Source: Eledone cirrhosa (taxonomy: Eukaryota). From it: DNA of 64,000 nucleotides. Below, piece after piece: positions 38,936 through 51,639 of the stretch. Position 1 is the first letter of the stretch; each line of letters begins with the position of its first letter. The translations under genes were made by a program, and so were the position numbers. The stretch spans positions 6,758,001 to 6,822,000 of the forward strand of contig OZ024759.1 of NCBI GenBank assembly GCA_964016885.1, given 5' to 3'. Under the pieces are notes generated by a model. That model was not told where the DNA came from. It did no database searches and saw only the letters and a list, made by a program, of their open reading frames with translations.

Positions 38936-41019
38936 TTCTTCTGGTTTTATAATTTCACAAAGTTTTACCAATAGAGAGAGAGAGTCGGTTTCTAACATAG
39001 ACACAAGACTCTCTCATTGGAATTTACACAACATCAACTAGGTAGGTATGTATGTATGTATGTATGTATGTATGTGTGTATGTGTGTACATAGTATGTAT
39101 GTATGTATGTATGAATTTATGTATCTGTGTATGTGTGTACATAGTATGTATGTTCTTCTAGTTTTATAATTTCACAAATTTTTGCCAATAGAGAGAGAGT
39201 CGGTTTCTAACATAGACACAAGACTCTCTCATTGGAATTTACACAACATCAACTAGGTAGGTATGTATGTGTCTGTATGTGTATGCATGGATGTTATTGT
39301 ATGTGTGGATGTGGATGTTTTGAGTTGTATGTGTGCATGTGTATATGCTTTGTATCTGTACATGTGTATATGCAGTTATTAGATGCAAAATTTTTGGAAT
39401 GTTTTACATATTTTTACTGTTCCATTAATGGATTGTACTTGTAATTTCCTAACTAGTTGTGTTCTTTCTGTTTCTGTGAAGCCTAGCTTCTCAAGATTTG
39501 TATTGAGGCAGTTACTAACATATCCCAGTGCCCCAATAATCACAGGTATAAATCTGAAGGTATAGTCAGGGTGGAGTATCTGTAGATTTCTCATCAGTTC
39601 TGCCTAAATTTTCTCCTTTTCGATAATCTTTGATATTATATTGGCATCTGCTGGGCAGCTAACTTCCACTACTGTGCATGCCTTCTTCTCCCTGTCCCAT
39701 ATCATAATATCTGGTCTGTTATGCCTGCATTTTATTGGGTTTTTACTGGAACATTCCACCAGTACTCTTTCATATTATGTACATGGATGTCTTCCACATT
39801 GCTGTAGCTTTTCATGTGTTTATTATGGAGTTATCTTTTTTACGAACTGAATTATACAGTGTTTTGGCCACTACATCATGCTTCATAGGTAGATAGTACC
39901 GCGATGACATCTTTGGACAGCTGCTGATGACATGGGTGATATCTTCAATGTTAGTTCTGCAGAGTCTGCACTTGTTATCACATCTAAGTGTTTTGCCTGC
40001 ATCCCTTTCTCTTTTGTGAATCAGGTATTTCGTGTTAATCTCCTGTTCTTGGATTGCAAAAACGTATCCTTCAAAGTGGGAGCCAATATAGCGGTTGTTG
40101 GTTCAAGATAGACTACTTTATTTATCTATATTACTCTCACTCTGGAGCTTCCTGGCAACATATCCAGGCATGATTTTTTGCTGATAAGCATGCAGTTTTT
40201 CATCCATGGATTCACTGCGATACTGCTGAGCGACTTCCCTGGGTGTGAGTTTTTGATTATCCCACAGGGAATATCTCTCGAGGAGTTCCTTCCCAACTCT
40301 CATGATCTTATCTGTTTCATGCAGATAGACTTGCTCGAGAAACGGGCTTCTACGCTTCGAGGTTCGTTGATTTTGTTGGAGAGATATGATGCGACATTCA
40401 AATGTTGTCTGGACTGATGTTAAGCCTCTGCCTCCCTGCTTACGTTTCAAGTAAAGGCGGTCTATGTCACTGTTGATGTGGAAGTTTCCGGTGTTGTTTA
40501 GTATTTTTCGAGTTCCAACATCAACTTCTCGGATTTCGTTTATCGTCCAATTGAGTATTCCAAACGTTGGTGTTAGGACAGACACAGCAAACACATTGTG
40601 AGCCACTGTTTTGTTTTGCGCAGAGAGTTCCGATGACCAGATCTTTCTTAATCGGGTGTAGTATTCCCTGGTTACGCGTTCTTTATTACACATACCATTA
40701 TAGGATATGTTCTCATCTATCCCCAGGTATCTGTAGCAGTCCTCGTCCGATATCGGTGAAACAGTTTGACCATTGATGATAATGTTGCTAGATTGGGTTG
40801 TTGTTTTTCCCCGCTTTACAGTCATATATGAGCATTTATCTTGGCCAAACTCCATTCCTATATCCTTTGAGAACGTTGTAACCAGGTCAAGAACTTTCTT
40901 CATCCCATCCATGTTCTTGGCATAGAGTTTCAGATCATCCTCAAAGAAATTATGGGTTAGGTTCGTATTTCTGTCCTCCTGTGAGCCAATGATGTATCCT
41001 TCACATTTCTTGAGCAGAA
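38936..41019 (-). mobile_element. R4-like RLE LINE family B, 5'-truncated and decayed, flanked by (TATG)n; terminal 110 bp tandemly duplicated
   Basis: THNFFEDDLKLY, YRYLGIDE, GGRGL, CRLC...HVISSC, RPDIM, FIPVIIGALG; 38936-39045 is repeated at 39153-39262. Confidence 0.85.
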
Positions 41020-41464
41020 ATGTATGTATGTTATGTATGTTATGTATGTATGTATGTATGTATGTATGTATGTTATGTATGTATGTATGTATGTATGTAT
41101 GTATGTATGTATGTTATGTATGTATGTATGTATGTATGTATGTATGTTATGTATGTATGTATGTATGTATGTATGTATGTATGTATGTATGTATGTATGT
41201 TATGTATGTATGTATGTATGTATGTATGTATGTTATGTATGTATGTATGTATGTATGTATGTATGTATGTATGTTATGTATGTATGTATGTATGTATGTT
41301 ATGTATGTATGTATGTATGTATGTATGTATGTATGTATGTATGTATGTATGTGTGTATGTATGTATGTATGTATGTATGTATGTGTGTATGTATGTTATG
41401 TATGTATGTATGTATGTATGTATGTATGTATGTATGTATGTATGTGTGTATGTATGTATGTATG
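41020..41464. repeat. (TATG)n microsatellite
   Basis: Direct reading. Confidence 0.97.
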
Positions 41465-42266
41465 TTCTCTCTCTCTCTCAATTTCGAGTATATTTTTGAC
41501 CGGCCACCTTCCTGGTGGCAAGGTTGTAAAAGAAAAGAAATTATCATCCCTTGAATCGCAAGAATGTTTTGCAAATTTTGAAGGTGCCAGCTATCGCAGC
41601 CATTTGTAGACTATGAATTAGGGAGCTGCGCTCTTTGTCCGCAAATCCAAGTTCAGTCATACTTTGGTCCAAGCGGGTTGGTATATAACCCGTAGCTCCA
41701 ATAATGATGGGTATGAAGCTAAAAGTGTATCTTGGATACTGGATTTGTAAACTCCTCATCAATAGATGTCCCCCTTCTCTTTTATTTTTCTGACAACGTG
41801 TACATCAAGTGGGCAGCTGATCTCCACAACAGAACACGTTTCCAATATTCCTTAGTGCCATCTGTCTCAATATATTCTTCCTCGTTTGTTTTTAATTTTG
41901 TTTTCCGAAGTGCGTTCCAGATGGTTCTAGCTATCCCATCGTGTCTCATGGGGAGGTAGTAGCGAGATGACATTCTTTCGCAGCTGGCAACAATGTGGCT
42001 TACGTTTTCGATCTTTGTTTTACATAGCCTGCATTTATTGTCAGCTGATGGCCCTCCTCTTTTGTGCAGCAGATATTTGGTAGGGAGTTCTTGTTCCTGT
42101 ATTGTATAGAGATATCCCTCAAGGTGTGATGTCATAACTTGTCGGAACTCCATGCCAGGCTTTTTGAGTGGTTTATCCCCTCTATGGTCTGTGTTTTACG
42201 TCTCAAGTATCCATGCACAACTTTTTCTGTAAATTGGTCAATTTTTTCATCTTGTTTGAATATTGA
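41465..42266 (-). mobile_element. Short 3' copy of RLE LINE family A
   Basis: Near-duplicate of 42346-43234 with small deletions. Confidence 0.9.
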
Positions 42267-42345
42267 AGCTAGGCTTCACAGGAACAGAAAGAACACAACG
42301 AGTTAGGAAATTACAAGTACAATCCATTGTATGTATGTATGTATG

Positions 42346-45230
42346 TTTTCTCTTTCTCTTAATTTCGAGTATATTTTTTTGACCGGCCATCTTCCTGGTG
42401 GCAAGGTTGTAAAAGAAAAGAAATTGTCATCCCTTGAATCGCAAGAATGTTTTGCAAATTTTGAAGGTGCCAGCTATCGCAGCCATTTGTAGACTATGAA
42501 TTAGGGAGCTGCGCTTTTTGTCCGCAAATCCAAGTTCAGTCATACTTTGGTCCAAGCGGGTTGGTATATAACCCGTAGCACCAATAATGATGGGTATGAA
42601 GCTAAAGGTGTATCTTGGATACTGGATTTGTAAACTCCTCATCAATGGTCCGTAGATGTCCTCCTTCTCCTGTATTTTTCTGACAACGTTTACATCAAGT
42701 GGGCAGCTGATCTCCACAACAGAACACGTTTCCAATGTGTGGTCCCAAACTACAATATCAGGCCGGTTGTGCTTTAATTTGGTGGCAGTTTTTATTTTCA
42801 GGTTCCACCAGTATTCCTTAGTGCCATCTGTCTCAATATATTCTTCCTCGTTTGTTGTTAATTTTGTTTTCCGAAGTGCGTTCCAGATGGTTCTAGCTAT
42901 CCCATCGTGTCTCATGGGGAGGTAGTAGCGAGATGACATTCTTTCGCAGCTGGCAACAATGTGGCTTACGTCCTCGATCTTTGTTTTACATAGCCTACAT
43001 TTATTGTCAGCTGCTGGCCCTCCTCTTTTGTGCAGCAGATATTTGGTAGGGAGTTCTTGTTCCTGTATTGCATAGAGATATCCCTCAAGGTGTGATGTCA
43101 TAAACTTGTCGGAACTCCATGCTAGGCTTTTTGAGTGGTTTATCCCCTCTATGGTCTGTGTTTTACGCCTCAAGTATCCATGCACAACTTTTTCTGTAAA
43201 TTGGTCAATTTTTTTATCTTGTTTGAACATTGAATAGGATCTTCCGATTTCTCTGGGTGAGAGATTTATATCAGGCTTTATTCCATATCTCTCCTCCAGA
43301 TCAGTCGCTATTTTAATGATATTTCTTTTTTCATGGTCATAAACCTGGGCAAGATGGTTGCCAACCTTTTTCCTCTGTTGAAGGTGTTGCTTCAGTGTTA
43401 CTATCCGGGTCTCATATGTTGTTAATATTGATTTTAGACCCCGGCCACCTTCCTTGCGTGAGAAGTATAGCCTATCCACAAAGTTCCCAGTAACACTGAG
43501 AAGTTTTCGAGTTCTAACATCCATCTCACTTAGTTCTTGCAATGACCAGTTCAGTAGGCCAAATGTTGGCGTTAGAATTGGCACAGTATAAGTATTGTGG
43601 GCAATGTATTTGTTGTATGCTGACAGTTCTGATGACCATATTTTCTTTACTCTTCTGAGGTATTCAGTTCTGGTTCTCTCCTTATTTATGGGTCCATCAT
43701 ATCTGACATTCTCATCCTGTCCAAGATATCTGTAGTTGTCACCTGACTGCAGAGGTTGTATTGTCAGGCCGTTCATCTCTAGATTTCTAGAGGAGGGCAC
43801 AGCTCTTCCACGTTTTACTGCCAAATATGCACACTTGGACTCACCAAATTTCATTTTGATGTCGGTTGAAAATTGTGTAATGAGGTTCAATTGTTTCTTG
43901 ATGTCATTGATATTTGGCCCATACAACTTCAGGTCATCAACAAAGAAAAGATGGGAGATACTTCTGGGCCCACTTCTTTGTCCACCTTGTTTCCTGAGTA
44001 GGTAAGATAGTGGATTCAGTGAGAGAACGAAGAGTAGCACTGACAAGCTATCACCCTGAAAGATGCCCTTCTGGTAATGTATCTTATCAGTCTTAACCTG
44101 CTCCTTCTCACCTCTAAGGATCAAACTGGTGTACCAGTTCTTGGTCAGGCGTTCAACAGCAGCTACCAATGGTTGTGGGACTTTAGCTAACTGTAAAGCC
44201 TTAACAATCCACCCATGAGGTACACTATCAAATGCTTTTTGATAGTCCAGCCACACGACAGTCATGTTTCTGCGATTCTTTGTTGTTTTTTCCTGAATCA
44301 TTTTGTTAGTTAGAAGGTGATCTATGCAACCCCACACCTCCCTCTTTCCACCAGCTTGCTCAGGTGTTATGATGTTGTTGGTATATATAATTTATACATG
44401 ATGTTTTGGCAGGCAATTGGGCGGTAATTTTTAGCAAGGGTGGTTTGGCTATTTTGGGGAATGAGGAGAGTAGAGGCAGTTGATAACCATCTGGGCAGTT
44501 CTTGTGTGCCCTTAATGGTTTCTGTAAACAGCCGTATGAGATCTTGCCGATAGAAAGTGAAATTCTTCAACCAGTATCCTGTAATGAGGTCTGGGCCTGG
44601 CGATTTCCTATTCGACATTTTCTGTAGAGCTGTTTCCAGTATTGACCCATCTATGTCATATTGTTTTGTCTGGACATGTTGGCAGTAGTCTTGTTCCAGT
44701 TCTTTTAGCCAATTAGCTTGTCTGTTGAATCCGTCATCCGTTTCCCATACAGATCTCCAGTAGCTCTCAACCTGTTCTTTTGAAGGGGTGTCATTTACAG
44801 AGATTGAGCTTTTGCCACCGAAGCTGCGATAAACTGATTTAGGATCTCTGGTAAACAATCTATTTAGCACTTGTCGTTTATGTGCTGTTGACTTATATTT
44901 TAGTCTTTCTGTTGTAGCTGTGAGTTGTTGTTTCAACTGGTGTAATTTGGAGTTCAAAGTTTTAAATTTTGTATCTCCAAATCGTCTCTCTAACTTTTTC
45001 TTTAGGTCTTCCTGGTGTCGTGTGAAGTTGCTCTCTATGTTGCATTTCATAACGACTGCGATGTGTGAGATACAACATTTTGTATCAGGGACAAAATTTT
45101 GGATTTTAAATTTCGCATCCACGCTGGTTCAGGCTTTCTGTTTGTATCTTGATTGCGTGGTTTTAGATGTGTGTTATATGATAGCAATGTGACAGCTGAA
45201 ACATATAACAAAACATTAAGCGTTTCTTTT
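42346..45230 (-). mobile_element. R4-like RLE LINE family A, about 2.9 kb, flanked by (ATGT)n
   Basis: SPGPDLI..YWLK, NYRPIAC, WLDYQKAFDSVPH, GIFQGDSLS, HLFFVDDLKLY, CRLC..HIVASC, RHD, RPDIVV..EISCP. Confidence 0.95.
42427..44337 (-). CDS. Reverse transcriptase, CCHC and restriction-like endonuclease (open 636-aa segment; frameshift to upstream segment 44367-45122)
   Basis: RT and RLE motifs listed for the element. Confidence 0.85.
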   Translation of the reverse strand: MWGCIDHLLTNKMIQEKTTKNRRNMTVVWLDYQKAFDSVPHGWIVKALQLAKVPQPLVAAVERLTKNWYTSLILRGEKEQVKTDKIHYQKGIFQGDSLSVLLFVLSLNPLSYLLRKQGGQRSGPRSISHLFFVDDLKLYGPNINDIKKQLNLITQFSTDIKMKFGESKCAYLAVKRGRAVPSSRNLEMNGLTIQPLQSGDNYRYLGQDENVRYDGPINKERTRTEYLRRVKKIWSSELSAYNKYIAHNTYTVPILTPTFGLLNWSLQELSEMDVRTRKLLSVTGNFVDRLYFSRKEGGRGLKSILTTYETRIVTLKQHLQQRKKVGNHLAQVYDHEKRNIIKIATDLEERYGIKPDINLSPREIGRSYSMFKQDKKIDQFTEKVVHGYLRRKTQTIEGINHSKSLAWSSDKFMTSHLEGYLYAIQEQELPTKYLLHKRGGPAADNKCRLCKTKIEDVSHIVASCERMSSRYYLPMRHDGIARTIWNALRKTKLTTNEEEYIETDGTKEYWWNLKIKTATKLKHNRPDIVVWDHTLETCSVVEISCPLDVNVVRKIQEKEDIYGPLMRSLQIQYPRYTFSFIPIIIGATGYIPTRLDQSMTELGFADKKRSSLIHSLQMAAIAGTFKICKTFLRFKG

Positions 45231-45389
45231 ATGTATGTATGTATGTATGTATGTATGTATGTATGTATGTATGTATGTATGTATGTATGTATGTATGTAT
45301 GTATGTATGTATGTATACAGATAGTTAGATAGAGACACAGATAAATAGATAGATGGAGTGATGGATAGATAGACAAACAGGCTGAAAAC

Positions 45390-46518
45390 AGATTTCTGTT
45401 TATTTGCCACTAGGGCACAAAAGAAAGGGACATGTACATGGGTGGGGGGAGTTTACATGAAAATCGAGTAAGAAAATTATAACAAACAAAATAATAACAA
45501 AAAGGTCCTCAATAGGGAGGGATCGTTTTGGGGTCACACACACCCCCGAAAAAAAGTGTGCGACCTTTCTCCACGGGAGCACAAAGAGAGGGTGCTCCCT
45601 TCTTTCTGTTCCACCTACAGGCTGAGGTAGAGAGAAGGCCCATTCACACGGGCCATTCTCGCAACTTTCACCTACCTTTCATAAAACTTGCTGGAGTGGA
45701 GCACCTCTCTCTCCATCCTGATCCTTCTTCCGAAATGGTATCGGAAGAAAAGGACCAGTTGTTGGCCGGAGAGAAAGGTGTCCGACCTCAGCCCTTTCAG
45801 ACGCGTCCATCATATAGCCTCTTTTACCATGGCTATTACACAGAGGAAGACCGCCTCTCCTTCATTTTTGAAGGGGGGAGGCGGCTTGATCGTTACAATG
45901 GACTCGGTGGTCAACCTAATTGGTCCCACCCGTGACAGCAGTTGTTCGACATAGCCCCACAGATCGGCAACGCCCGGGCAGTGCACCAATGCGTGCGCGA
46001 CGGTTTCCTCGTCGCGCACGCATCTGGGACAGATCTTTTTCGAGGGGTCCCTACCCGGGCGCCCGTGTCTGTAGAGCTTATCCCGAACGGGCAGAGCCCC
46101 TCGGTAGCACTGCCAGGCCAAGGACTTCTGGAAGTTGTCCATAGGTCCCGGGCCGAAAGTCCTAACGAACAGACTGGCCAGTTCGTCCTCCTCCATGCCT
46201 AGGGCTTCTCCGAGGGCGTCGTCGCACCCGCTAACCACCAGCCCTCTATAGAATGACGAGGTGGAGTCTCCGTCGATAGCGGGGTCCGCCTGCCAGAGAG
46301 CCGTGAGCGCCTGGGCACACTCGGTGTGCCAGTCGCCCAGTTTTCTCGGTCTTTGCTTCACCCAGGACTGCAGCTCGGTGAGCGAGACGAGCCTCGGGAA
46401 GGCTCGCCTCACAAACGGGGCCCACACCGGTTGACCGGTGAGGAATACGTGGAGGTGCCTTAGCCTCAATGTGTGTTTACGCATTTTTAGCCACGGCATC
46501 CCCAGCCCTCCTTTCAAA
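45390..46518 (-). mobile_element. L1/Tx1-clade LINE 3' fragment
   Basis: KGGLGMP, AWQCYRGALPVRDKL, CPRC...ETVAHALVHC (zf-RVT-like); AATAAA near the 3' end; GATA/GACA repeats on both flanks. Confidence 0.8.
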
Positions 46519-46534
46519 GACAGACAGACAGATA

Positions 46535-47050
46535 GATTTCTTTATTTGCCATAAGGGTGCACAGGGGACATTAGAGGACTTACAGCGGAAGTTTTACATT
46601 TAAACATGTAAACAGTTTTAACAATTATAAAATAAATAATAAACAATCAAAATCCCCAATAGGGGGAACGTTACAATTGGGTTGTTTTACACCCCGTAGA
46701 TAGAACAACCCTCAACACCAAGAGCATGTTTTGCAAGAGCTTGTCCTCCTCAACCTACAGGTTTATATACAGAGTAGGTCCATTCACTCCATTTTCACAA
46801 CATTCACCCATCTTTCAGAAAATTGGCTGGGGTGCAGCACCTCTCTATCCATTCTCACCCTTCTTCTGAAATAGTATTTGAAAAGGGCGATGAGGTCCAG
46901 AGAGGAAGGTGTCTGTCCTCAGTCCTTTCAATTTAGTCCACCATAACCACTAGACAGAGGAAAACTGCCTCTCCTTCGGTGTTAAACGAAGGTGGTGGGG
47001 TAATCCTCACCATAGACTTGACTGACAGCCGGATTCGTCCCACACTTGAC
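46535..47050 (-). mobile_element. Second, diverged L1/Tx1-like 3' fragment
   Basis: VGRIRLSVKSMVRITPPPSFNTEGEAVFLCLV is homologous to the preceding copy. Confidence 0.75.
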
Positions 47051-47086
47051 AAATAATAAATAGATAGATAGATAGATAAATAACTA

Positions 47087-47772
47087 CCGTATAGGCCGGC
47101 GTATAAGTCGACATTTGGAGCCTGAAAATATCTCTCCAAAACCAGGGGTCGACTTATCTGCCGAATATAAAACGTGAACCTTTACCACTGAGGGGTAAAC
47201 AGTGAAACTGCCTGCCTAACACTCGTTGTACACCACTTACCACAACTCTAGCAGACTACCACAATTATTTCCTACTGAATCTCATATTTGTTAAGTTTAT
47301 TTAACGTAGTTTATAATAATATAATCAATGACTTGTTGTAGCTCACAGGGTAGGTTACCATAGGGTAGGTTACCATAGGGTAGGTTACCATAGGGTAGGT
47401 TACCATAGGGTAGGTTACCATAGGGTAGGTTACCATAGGGTTACCATAGGTTAGGTTACCATAGAGTAGGTTACCATAGGTTTGATAAGCTAGGCTAGGC
47501 TGGTTTACTCAGTTACAACTCACTTATGACTGAAGTGTTTTAGAAGAAGTGCCTTCTTTTACAACTATTTAGTGTTTATTTCCATGTTTTATATTGTGTG
47601 CAAATAAAGAATGTCAAGCACATCTAGGGCTGGGCTGGGGAGATGGCGCTGCCTTGTTTTTTTTTTGGTGGCGTCGTCTTATCCGGCGGATATAGGCCTA
47701 AACCTGAATTACACCTCAGAATTTTAGGGGTTGACCTATGCACCGGATCGACCTATATGCTGGCATATATGG
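47087..47772. mobile_element. pogo/Tc-mariner-type MITE with TA TSD and internal 15-bp tandem repeat (AGGGTAGGTTACCAT, 47347-47480)
   Basis: TA|CCGTATAGGCCGGCGTATAAGTCGA ... TCGACCTATATGCTGGCATATATGG|TA; subterminal GTCGACTTAT repeats. Confidence 0.75.
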
Positions 47773-47919
47773 TAAATATAGAAATGAAAAGTCTTCAGCA
47801 TCTTTGTGACGGCGTCTGGTACAAGGGGAAATACTGAATACGGCATTCTCTCATACAACAACAGTAACAACAACACCACCAACAATACCACCAACAACAA
47901 CAATAACAACAATACCACC

Positions 47920-47950
<31 letters not shown>

Positions 47951-48300
47951 GTAATAACTTATCCAATAAAATAAATTGCTGTTTCCTCTTTTTTAGTTAA
48001 TTAAAACATTGTTAATTACAACAACAATGGTAATAATTACTATATTCTAATAATGTTGGTTTGTCATATAACCCCCACCTCTCTCTTCTCCCCCCTCCCT
48101 CCATCTCTTCCCCCTCTCTTCCCCTCCCTCCCTCTCTTCTCCCCCTCCCTCTCTTCCCCCTCCCTCCCTCTCTTCTCCCCCTCCCCACCAATGTACACAC
48201 AGTAACAAGAAACTGGGACAATGTCTAACATGTGGCGACATCTATGTCATTTCTTTAATTGAAATAGGGAGGTTGCCATTTGTTTCTGTATATATATATG

Positions 48301-48331
<31 letters not shown>

Positions 48332-48336
48332 GTATG

Positions 48337-48367
<31 letters not shown>

Positions 48368-48499
48368 GTATGTATATATATCCATGTATATATATATATA
48401 CATATACATGTATATATATACATATATATATACACACACATGTACAGAGAAAGGGGGGAAGGGAGAGACATAAATATATGTAATTAATAGTATTGCGTA

Positions 48500-48536
<37 letters not shown>

Positions 48537-48614
48537 AGAGTTGTCCACTAGACTGATTCATTCATATATAATACGTTGTTCATTTATAGTTCACCTCCCC
48601 CAGCCACCACCACC

Positions 48615-48683
<69 letters not shown>

Positions 48684-48797
48684 AATAATAACAACAACAA
48701 CACCACCTAAGTTTGAATCATTTTGACAAAACATTTCACAGAAAATAGTTTTGAAAAAAGAAATATTTGCATTTTTTTTTCTTCTTTTCTTCACTTT

Positions 48798-49590
48798 CCA
48801 TTGGTCTTTCTATTGCTGATACTATCTGTCAGTCATAACTCCTGGTAGAAGAAAGGAGCTGGTCATCAGATCAGACCAATGAAACAATGTCTCCATTGGT
48901 CTTTCCATTCCTGATACTATCTGTCAGTCACAACTCCTGGTAGAAGAAAGGAGCTGGTCATCAGATCAGACCAAGGAAACAATGTCTCCATTGGTCTTTC
49001 CATTCCTGATACTATCTGTCAGTCACAACTCCTGGTAGAAGAAAGGAGCTGGTCATCAGATCAGACCAAGGAAACAATGTCTCCATTGGTCTTTCCATTC
49101 CTGATACTATCTGTCAGTCACAACTCCTGGTAGAAGAAAGGAGCTGGTCATCAGATCAGACCAAGGAAACAATGTTTCCATTGGTCTTTCTATTGCTGAT
49201 ACTATCTGTGAGTCACAACTCCAGGCAGAAGAAAGGAGCTGATTGTCAGATCAGACCAAGGAAACAATGTCTCCATTGGTCTTTCCATTACTGATACTAT
49301 CTGTCAGTCATAACTCCTGGTAGAAGAAAGGAGCTGGTCATCAGATCAGACCAAGGAAACAATGTCTCCATTGGTCTTTCCATTACTGATACTATCTGTC
49401 AGTCATAACTCCTAGCAAAAGAAAGGAGCTGGTCATCAGATCAGACCAAGGAAACAATGTTTCCATTGGTCTTTCTATTGCTGATACTATCTGTAAGTCA
49501 CAACTCCTGGTAGAAGAAAGGAGCTGGTCATCAGATCAGACCAAGGAAACAATGTTTCCATTGGTCTTTCTATTGCTGATACTATCTGTC
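48798..49590. repeat. 95-bp tandem repeat, about 8 units, with two internal hairpins
   Basis: CCATTGGTC recurs at 48893, 48988, 49083; a single related sequence lies at 38003-38050. Confidence 0.93.
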
Positions 49591-49768
49591 ATGTGGTGTG
49601 GTTTCTGTAGAGGTCTGTCCACCATTTCCACATCCATGGTCAATCATTTATTCGACTTATTTGACTATTTTATGAATTATGATAGTTTTTCACATTAAAA
49701 TCCAAGTAAATTTAATATTTGTGTGTGTATATGTGTGTACGAAGACGCACTTATGTATCTATCTATCC

Positions 49769-49811
<43 letters not shown>

Positions 49812-49988
49812 GGGGTAACAAATAATACTTATATGCAAAGAACTGACTGGTTATAATTTTGTATTGGCGATCGAGTAACGTGAAAACAAGCGAATAGCGA
49901 TCTCTAGACCTACCAGTTCAGAGAAACAATTGTCAGCAATGAGATTAAAAACCTTTTTTGTATAGCAAACAATGTCAATTTTCTTTCT

Positions 49989-50030
<42 letters not shown>

Positions 50031-50087
50031 TAATAAAAACAATGAAATAAAAACAAAGAACAAGTTCCTTATATTAAAAAAATTCAT

Positions 50088-50212
50088 CATTTTACGATCG
50101 TTTCTAGGATGTATATGTGTGTTGGTATGTATATCATATAGATCTATGTAAAAATATTACAAATTATCAGAGGAATTATACATACCTTCACATATACATG
50201 CTGTCTTCAGAT
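50088..50212 (-). ncRNA. Type I hammerhead with extended stem II; 5' strand of stem I truncated
   Basis: Minus strand: CTGAAGA-cagcATGTATATGTG..GGTATGTATA...TATACATACC..CACATATACAT-ccta-GAAA-CGATCG-TA-AAATG. Confidence 0.7.
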
Positions 50213-50379
50213 ATATGTATATGTATGTATATATATAGAGAGAGGGTCATATTTGTGTAATATTGCCAGAATTAATAAAAAACCTCGCAAAACTAATTCA
50301 TCGCCGCTATCTAGATATATATATATATATATATACATATATACATATAATATTTATTATATATATATATATATAGGAG

Positions 50380-50716
50380 TTCCCATGATGTGTTGTTTCC
50401 TTGAGCAAGACACTTTATTTCACATTGCTCCAGTTTACTCAGCTGTAGAAGTGAGATGATAGGGACTGGGGTCCCTATCATTCCACTGCAAAGTGGTCGT
50501 GGAGGTGCCACGGTAAAAAAGCACCCAGCACTCACTGTAAATGAGGTTGGTGTTAGGAAGGGCAGAATCCAGCTGAAGAAATCAACCCAGAATCAGTTTC
50601 TGTATGAGCAAGACATGGTCAGCCGACCGGACACTGACCACAACAGGACAACCCGTCTAACCCATGCTAGCGTGGAAGAAAAGACGTAAAACGGTGATGA
50701 TGATGATGATGATGAT
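50380..50716 (+). mobile_element. Second SINE type / RTE-tail element ending in (GAT)n
   Basis: CCTTGAGCAAGACACTT core-like segment; GTTAGGAAGGGCA..CCAGC; CCCGTCTAACCCATGCTAGCGTGGAAG tail. Confidence 0.6.
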
Positions 50717-50946
50717 ATATATATATATATGTATATATAAATTTTAGTACAGCATTGACGAAGCTTTAGTATAGGGCCAAGCTAGCGTATATACATAATC
50801 GGTCTGTAGCTTTAGCACTCGGATGGGGTAAGACCCCAGAGTAATAACATTACCTTCAGACAGCTTAGCAAATCAGATATAGCAGTCGGCAGTCCAACCG
50901 CATTACCAGAGCAACGAAAATACAGGACCCAGGAAAAGATTTTATT

Positions 50947-51016
<70 letters not shown>

Positions 51017-51246
51017 AAAAGAATGAAATGAAATTTCATTTCTCACTCTTAGTACGGCTGATACTTATATGTAAGTATGTATACGTACATACATATATGT
51101 ATACAGACATACAGTAGTATGTATATATATACATACATGCACACATATATATATGTACAGGTATATATGTGTGCGCATGTATGTATATATATACATACTA
51201 CTGTACGTCTGTATACATATATGTATGTACGTATACATACTTACAT

Positions 51247-51346
<100 letters not shown>

Positions 51347-51542
51347 GTATGTATATATGTATATATCTATATATATATGTATGTATATATGTATATATCT
51401 ATATATATATGTATCTATATATGTATGTATGTATATATGTGTGTATATATATATATATATGTATATGTATATATGTATGTATATATATATATGTATGTAT
51501 ATATGTGTGTATGTATATATGTATGTATATATGTATGTATAA

Positions 51543-51637
<95 letters not shown>

Positions 51638-51639
51638 TA

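Noticed and set aside
47347-47480. Telomere-like repeat
   Set aside because: The unit is a 15-mer inside a MITE, not TTAGGG
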